Source of the DNA: an uncultured Planctomycetaceae bacterium
GTDB lineage: Bacteria; Planctomycetota; Planctomycetia; Pirellulales; PALSA-1355
DNA: 64,000 bases
Assembly: GCA_937952415.1 (NCBI GenBank)
Contig: CALFYT010000076.1
Coordinates: 5,733 to 69,732, forward strand
Direction: 5' to 3'
Positions within the stretch are counted from its first letter, which is position 1. The number at the start of each line of letters is the position of its first letter. Under the pieces are notes generated by a model, which was not told the DNA's origin, searched no databases, and worked only from the letters and a program-made list of their open reading frames with translations. Below, one piece after another: positions 58,822 to 64,000 of this stretch. The position numbers and the translations under genes are program-made.

Positions 58822-60039
58822 CTAGCGGAGCGTTTCCAGGTAGCGGACGATTTGTTCTTGTTGCTGGTCGGTGAGCCCAAAGGCGGGCATCAGGCAGTCG
58901 GGTTTGATCGATTGTGGATCGCGAACCCAACGCCGCAAGTTGTCCGGATCGTTGGCGATCATTCCCGAGGCCAGCGTCTCGCGGCTCATCAAGTGGGTCA
59001 GGTCGGGCGCGTACGAACCCTTGGCCGGCGTTCCACGCACACGATGGCAGCTCACGCATGATTCGCTTAAAAATGCATCGCGTCCGGTGCGCACGTCCGG
59101 ATCGTCTACGGCCGGCCGCTGTTGGTTCTCCAGCCAGCTCTCGAACTCCTGCGGCGTGTCGACGATCACGCGAATTAACATGTGCGCGTGCTGTGCGCCG
59201 CAGTACTCGGCGCATTGCCCGAGAAAGAGTCCCGCTTCGGTCGTTTCCAGCAGCAACTCGTTCGTGCGACCGGGGATCAGGTCCATCTTGCCGCCGAGCC
59301 GCGGGACCCAAAAGCTGTGGCACACGTCGGCCGATTCGAGCGTCAGGTAAGTCGGCCGCGGCTGATCCGCGTCGCTGAGGGGGATGTGCAATTCGTTGGC
59401 CGTGATGAAGCCCAGCTTGCGGCCGTTGTACGTTTCGTACGTATACTCCCACCACCATTGCCGCCCGGTCACGGTAACGTAGAGCGCGTTATCGTCTGGC
59501 GCCGTTGCCGGCACGGCGGCTTCGACTTCCCACAACGTGCGCGTGATCGAGAGCGTCAGGAACAACACGATCAACGTCGGCGCCGCGGTCCAGGCCACTT
59601 CGATCGCCCGGCTGCCGTACGCCTGAGGCGGCTCGACCAACTCGGGGCCGGCCGCGGCGGCGCTTGGATTGTCGGGCGGTGCGGGATGCGGATCGCGAAA
59701 CCGCCAAACGCAATAGAACAGCACGCCCTCGACCACCACGAAGATCAACCCGATCACGGCAAAGACGAGAACCGCCAGATTGAGGATCGATTCGGTGGCG
59801 GGCGATGCCGGATCGAAGATCGACTGGGCCGAGGCGATCGGCAGCGCTACCAGCAGAGCGCCGCCCGCGTCGGGCCGAAGTTCGCCAGATCGGTTGCTAG
59901 CGCGGCATGCCGCTGCCGGCGGTGACCGACGACAAGCCGTCCCGTGGCAATTTCGACGGGCACCAGTGGCGAAACACACGACGGCCTCCCTGCGAGAAGT
60001 TCGGACTGCGGCCGACTCCCGTTTCGTGGCATGCTCCAC
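58822..60039 (-). CDS. ctaC: Cytochrome c oxidase subunit II with C-terminal cytochrome c domain (caa3-type)
   Basis: CuA site HSFWVP ... CAEYCGAQHAHM. C-terminal CVSCHRVRG ... MPAF. The start is uncertain: no in-frame ATG lies between 60039 and the signal-like GGALLVALPIASA. Confidence 0.85.
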   Translation of the reverse strand: MEHATKRESAAVRTSRREAVVCFATGARRNCHGTACRRSPPAAACRASNRSGELRPDAGGALLVALPIASAQSIFDPASPATESILNLAVLVFAVIGLIFVVVEGVLFYCVWRFRDPHPAPPDNPSAAAAGPELVEPPQAYGSRAIEVAWTAAPTLIVLFLTLSITRTLWEVEAAVPATAPDDNALYVTVTGRQWWWEYTYETYNGRKLGFITANELHIPLSDADQPRPTYLTLESADVCHSFWVPRLGGKMDLIPGRTNELLLETTEAGLFLGQCAEYCGAQHAHMLIRVIVDTPQEFESWLENQQRPAVDDPDVRTGRDAFLSESCVSCHRVRGTPAKGSYAPDLTHLMSRETLASGMIANDPDNLRRWVRDPQSIKPDCLMPAFGLTDQQQEQIVRYLETLR

Positions 60040-60175
60040 GAAGTGAGCGCTTGTGTGTACACCACCATAGGAGAATTGTCAAAGCAGCCGGTCCGGTAGG
60101 GCGGGGCAAGCGCCGCGCGGAGGCAGTCTCGCAGCCGATGCCCTGCGCCCGCGCCAGGTTTCTCGGAGCGGCCGC

Positions 60176-60538
60176 GTGACGGTCCGACAACGGGACGTGG
60201 CGGATGTGTCGACGGGGTGCGCCGGTTACAATGCGGCGATGAGCGCTGCCTTGGAAAAGCGATGGTATCAACTCACGCTACGGCGGATTCTGTTCTGGCA
60301 TCTGCCGTATGCCGGGATCATGGCGTCGCTGTCACTGGAAATCATGGCCGTCCAGATCCCGCGCAACCCGTTTGATCCCTTTGGTATCATCCAGCAGGTC
60401 ATCGAAGCCATCGTCATTGGGTTTCTCGTCCAACTTGGGATCCTTGTCACGCTGGTCTGGCTACTAGCACCAGGGGTGGTTCATGTGGGGGCCCGCGTGT
60501 GGCGACGCCTCCGCCACGGCCCGCAAGCGCACGTTTAG
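60176..60538 (+). CDS. Hypothetical small membrane protein
   Basis: Two hydrophobic helices. Possible start ATG 60239. No recognisable motif. Lies in the 0.7-kb divergent intergenic region. Confidence 0.3.
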   Translation: MTVRQRDVADVSTGCAGYNAAMSAALEKRWYQLTLRRILFWHLPYAGIMASLSLEIMAVQIPRNPFDPFGIIQQVIEAIVIGFLVQLGILVTLVWLLAPGVVHVGARVWRRLRHGPQAHV

Positions 60539-60727
60539 CCCGCCACGGGAGGTGTCCGGGCGGCCGCGGAACTTGTTTGCCGCGTCGCGGTGGGCTAAAT
60601 TTGAGATGCTCGCGGGCGGATTTCTTCCGGCAATCGACCGCATGGAGTTCGCCGATTCCACTCACTTGGTCGTTCACGTGTATGCGGGCGGTCCGAACTG
60701 CGGCGACCGGGAACCCAACTCTGGGAG

Positions 60728-63172
60728 ATGGACACAAACATGGCGCGGTTGCTTGGTTGCTTATCGATTGTTGTTTTGATGCTGGGTGCCGCTGCTTGTC
60801 GCGCCGAAGACGAGGCCGCGCCCGCTTCGATATCGGGCTGGAGGTCGCAGGGCGACATCTGGCAACCGGCCGAGCCCTACGTCGAGGGCCAACGGCGCGC
60901 GACCAGCTTACAGTTGCCGTTTCCCAAAATGCCGTCGCTCGATAAGAACCCGATGACGCCCGAGAAGGTCGCGCTGGGCAAGCTGCTGTTCTTCGACCCG
61001 ATTGTCAGCGGCGAGAACACAATCTCGTGCGCCCACTGTCATCATCCCGATTTTGGATTTGCCGACGGCCGCAAGCTGAGCATGGGTTTTGGCGGCAAGG
61101 GCGTTGGGCCCGAGCGCAGCGGCGGCGACGTGCTGGGCCGCAGCGCGCCGAGTCTTTGGAACGCCGCTTACTACAAGTGGCAGTTTTGGGACGGCCGGGC
61201 CGACGATTTGGAAGAACAGGCCGCCGGGCCAATCACCAACGAACACGAGATGGGCGAAACGCCGGAAAACCTTGAGAAAGAACTGCGCGCGATTCCCGAA
61301 TACGTTGCGATGTTCGAAGAAGTGTTCGGCGGCAAAGGAGACGAGGCGGTCACGTTCGACAACGTGACCCGCGCCATCGCGGCGTTCGAACGAACGCTGC
61401 TCAGTTTCAACTCCAAGTTCGATCAGTATGCCGCCGGCAACACCGCCGCGCTCAACCCCCAGGAGCGGCGCGGCATGCGGCTGTTTCGCTCGCTCAAGAC
61501 GCGCTGCTTCGAGTGCCACAACTTTCCCACGTTTGCCGACGATAGCTTTCGGGTGATTGGCGTCCCCGACAACGGCGAGCACGACAAGGGTCGAGCCTCG
61601 GTGCCGGGCGAGGGACCGGACGGCGCTTTCAAAACCACGACGCTGCGCAATATCGAGCTGACCGCGCCCTACATGCACAACGGCGCGTTCGACACGCTGG
61701 AAGAAGTCATCAAGTTTTACTCCAAAGGGGGCGGACGCGGCGAACCGAATCCGCCGCCGGGAATCGATGACAAGATTGGCAAGTTCGACATCACCGACGA
61801 GGAGATCGCAGACCTGGTCGCGTTTCTCAAGGCCCTGACCGATACCTCCCTGCAGCCCGATCCGCCCGAAAGCGTCCCCAGCGGGCTGCCGGTGGTCGAG
61901 GTCAAGAGCAAGGCCATGCCCGCGCCCGCCCTGGCCGCGGCGGCACCTGCTCCGGGAAGTTCGCGCGCCAGCGCGCCGCCCATTGGTTCACCGGTGGTCG
62001 GGACTGCGCGTCGACCGCTCGGCGGTTTTTCCGACGGGAATCTACGCGGCACGTCCGACCGCGTCGCACGGCGAATCGCGGAGAGTCGCAGTGAACGCGG
62101 CAGCAGGCCCTGGGTCGGCAAGTCCGGCGTCGCGGCTACGTTCACGGTCCGGCCCGGCCAGTCAATTCAGGCCGCAGTCGATCGTTGCCAGGCCGGCGAC
62201 CGTGTGCTGCTCGAACCGGGCATCTATCGCCAGACCGTGGCCATCGACACCGACGGCATAACGATCATCGGCGTCAACCGCCGCGGCGAGCGCCCGATCC
62301 TCGACGGCGGCGGCGCGCTGACCGACGCCGTGCAAGGTTCGGGCAGCGACCTGTCGATCGAAGGCCTGACGCTGCGAAACTACACGGGCAACGGCATCAT
62401 GGTCAACAAGGCGCGCAACATCGCGTTTCGCGATCTGATCATCGAGAACACCGGATTGTACGGCGTCTATCCCGTGGAATGTGTCGGCGTGGTGGTCGAG
62501 GGCTGCACAGTCAGCGGCATCCGCGACGCCGGCATCTACGTCGGCAGCAGTCGCGAGATCGTGGTCCGCAACAACGAGGTGTTCAACAACGTCGCCGGCA
62601 TTGAGATCGAGAACAGCGTCGGTGCGCTCGTGGAAAACAACAGCGCGCACCACAACACGACCGGCATTCTGGTGTTCGTCTTGCCGAATAATCCGCTCAA
62701 GGAGGGCAGCGACACCCGCGTGATCAACAACCGCGCTTGGGCCAACAACCATGAGAACTTCGGCAAGCCTGGCACGATTGTAGCCGGGCTGCCCTCGGGC
62801 GTTGGCATTTTGGTGATGGCGGCCGATCGCACCGAAGTCACGCAAAACCGGATCAGCGACAACGACTCGTATGGAATCGTCGTGACTAGCCTGCAAGCTG
62901 CCCGCCTGCCCACCAAGCACAAGCTCGACGTCGAACCGAATTCCGACGGCACGCTGATCGTGGACAATCAGTACAGCAACAACGGCGGCCATCCGCACCA
63001 ACTGTTTCGGCTCTTGCAGGCGCCCGGCGGCGATTTGCTGTGGGACGGCACCGGCACCGGTAACCAATGGCGCGAAAGCCTCGAACTAACCACGTTTCCC
63101 AAAGACTTGCTGCGACCGAATCGGTCGTCCAGCCCAACGACCCAAAGCAAAACACCGCCCAGCAAGACCTAA
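60728..63172 (+). CDS. Fusion: dihaem cytochrome c peroxidase (CCP/MauG family) :: right-handed parallel beta-helix (NosD-like) domain
   Basis: Signal peptide. [11 protein letters not shown] and [10 protein letters not shown] haem sites with a PYMHNGAF block. Ala/Pro linker. Then beta-helix repeats ([12 protein letters not shown]..., DAGIYVGSS..., [10 protein letters not shown]..., NTTGILVFV...). Confidence 0.85.
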   Translation: MDTNMARLLGCLSIVVLMLGAAACRAEDEAAPASISGWRSQGDIWQPAEPYVEGQRRATSLQLPFPKMPSLDKNPMTPEKVALGKLLFFDPIVSGENTISCAHCHHPDFGFADGRKLSMGFGGKGVGPERSGGDVLGRSAPSLWNAAYYKWQFWDGRADDLEEQAAGPITNEHEMGETPENLEKELRAIPEYVAMFEEVFGGKGDEAVTFDNVTRAIAAFERTLLSFNSKFDQYAAGNTAALNPQERRGMRLFRSLKTRCFECHNFPTFADDSFRVIGVPDNGEHDKGRASVPGEGPDGAFKTTTLRNIELTAPYMHNGAFDTLEEVIKFYSKGGGRGEPNPPPGIDDKIGKFDITDEEIADLVAFLKALTDTSLQPDPPESVPSGLPVVEVKSKAMPAPALAAAAPAPGSSRASAPPIGSPVVGTARRPLGGFSDGNLRGTSDRVARRIAESRSERGSRPWVGKSGVAATFTVRPGQSIQAAVDRCQAGDRVLLEPGIYRQTVAIDTDGITIIGVNRRGERPILDGGGALTDAVQGSGSDLSIEGLTLRNYTGNGIMVNKARNIAFRDLIIENTGLYGVYPVECVGVVVEGCTVSGIRDAGIYVGSSREIVVRNNEVFNNVAGIEIENSVGALVENNSAHHNTTGILVFVLPNNPLKEGSDTRVINNRAWANNHENFGKPGTIVAGLPSGVGILVMAADRTEVTQNRISDNDSYGIVVTSLQAARLPTKHKLDVEPNSDGTLIVDNQYSNNGGHPHQLFRLLQAPGGDLLWDGTGTGNQWRESLELTTFPKDLLRPNRSSSPTTQSKTPPSKT

Positions 63173-63294
63173 CAGAGAGTTGGCCTTTCGTCGGCAAATG
63201 GCCGCGTCGCCGGGTCGGATGGCTCGGTCCCGCTCATCGGTCGATCATGAACCATTCGTGGCACTGCCACCCATTCACACGCAGGAGGTTTCCC

Positions 63295-64000
63295 CATGAC
63301 AAGCTTGTTTACACGGATCGCGACGATTGCCTGCCTGGCGACGTTGATTCTCGGCGGATCGACGCTGGCCGAGGAGAAGTATCCTGAACGCGACGCCTCG
63401 GCTCCGGCCGTCAATTCGCAAACCGTCCGCGCCACGTTCACCGTGGCTCCGGGCCAGTCGATCCAAGCGGCCGTCGATCGGGCCCAGCCCGGCGATCGCA
63501 TCGAGGTCATGCCCGGCACGTACAACGAGTCGGTAACGGTCGACTTCGACGACATCGAGTTCATCGGTTTGTCCGAAAATGGCGAGCGCCCCGTGCTGGA
63601 CGGCAAAGGCAAGATGAACGACGCCATTCTCGCCTCGGGCAATAACTTCGTGATCAGCGGTTTCGAAATCCGCGACTACAAGGGCAACGGCGTCGTGGTC
63701 AACAAGGCCAAGAATTCCACGTTCAAGAACGTCGTCTGCCACAACACCGGCAAGTACGGCGTCTATCCCGTGCTGTGCGACGGCGTGCTGGTCGACGGGT
63801 GCATCGTTTCCGACGTGTGGGACGCGGGCGTATACGCAGGGCAATGCCGCAACGTGGTCATCAAGAACTGCGAAGCCTATCGCAACACGATCGGCATCGA
63901 GACAGAAAACTGCGTTAACGTGCTAATGGCCAACAACTCGGCCCACAACAACTCGCTGGGCCTGCTCGTCGTGTTGCTGCCCGATTTGCCCACGACCGAG
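63295..64000 (+). CDS. Secreted parallel beta-helix (NosD-like) protein, paralogue of the C-terminal domain of 60728..63172; 3' end outside window
   Basis: Own translation from ATG 63295: MTSLFTRIATIACLATLILGGSTLA... then [34 protein letters not shown]... This is collinear with [34 protein letters not shown]... The frame stays open to the window end, so it is absent from the ORF track. Confidence 0.8.

Overview
A 64-kb, high-GC, gene-dense chromosomal segment whose gene content looks Planctomycetota-like: a DUF1501/PSD1 pair with a planctomycete cytochrome c motif, a sulfatase, a PEP-CTERM tail and very large RND pumps. I saw no rRNA, CRISPR array, transposase or integrase. Blocks in order: (1) 0-5.7 kb, phosphoesterases, an O-methyltransferase and a DUF389 membrane protein. 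(2) 5.7-9.2 kb, corA plus two tandem GluR0-type ligand-gated channel genes. (3) 9.6-15.4 kb, a sulfatase, a YpfJ-like peptidase, a low-complexity/TPR secreted protein and an NTF2-like protein. (4) 17.3-28.3 kb, a PLP enzyme, DUF1501, PSD1 and an AcrAB-like RND pump. (5) 28.5-30.9 kb, two divergent thioredoxin-fold genes. (6) 30.9-40.5 kb, a Cus/Czc-like heavy-metal RND system with two small Cys-rich proteins. (7) 40.5-46.5 kb, a complete selenocysteine-decoding locus: tRNA-Sec, selA, selB and a flavoprotein::selD fusion. (8) 46.5-49.2 kb, two serine hydrolases. (9) 49.3-60.0 kb, a single-strand respiratory super-operon: caa3 oxidase, an unknown duplicated membrane protein, dihaem cytochrome c, Rieske, a cytochrome b-c fusion, a CtaG::CcoG-like fusion and a FixH-like protein. 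(10) 60.7-64.0 kb, a dihaem cytochrome c peroxidase::beta-helix fusion plus a beta-helix paralogue. The main result concerns block 5. Each of its two genes is split in the ORF track by a single in-frame TGA that falls exactly at a redox active site (deiodinase-like FGSYT-U-PPF; TlpA-like W-U-AGC). Each TGA is followed 6 nt later by a hairpin. Both are therefore very likely selenoproteins that ordinary gene calling would miss, decoded by the sel locus 11 kb away. All calls rest on reading the translations and sequence by eye. No database search was run.
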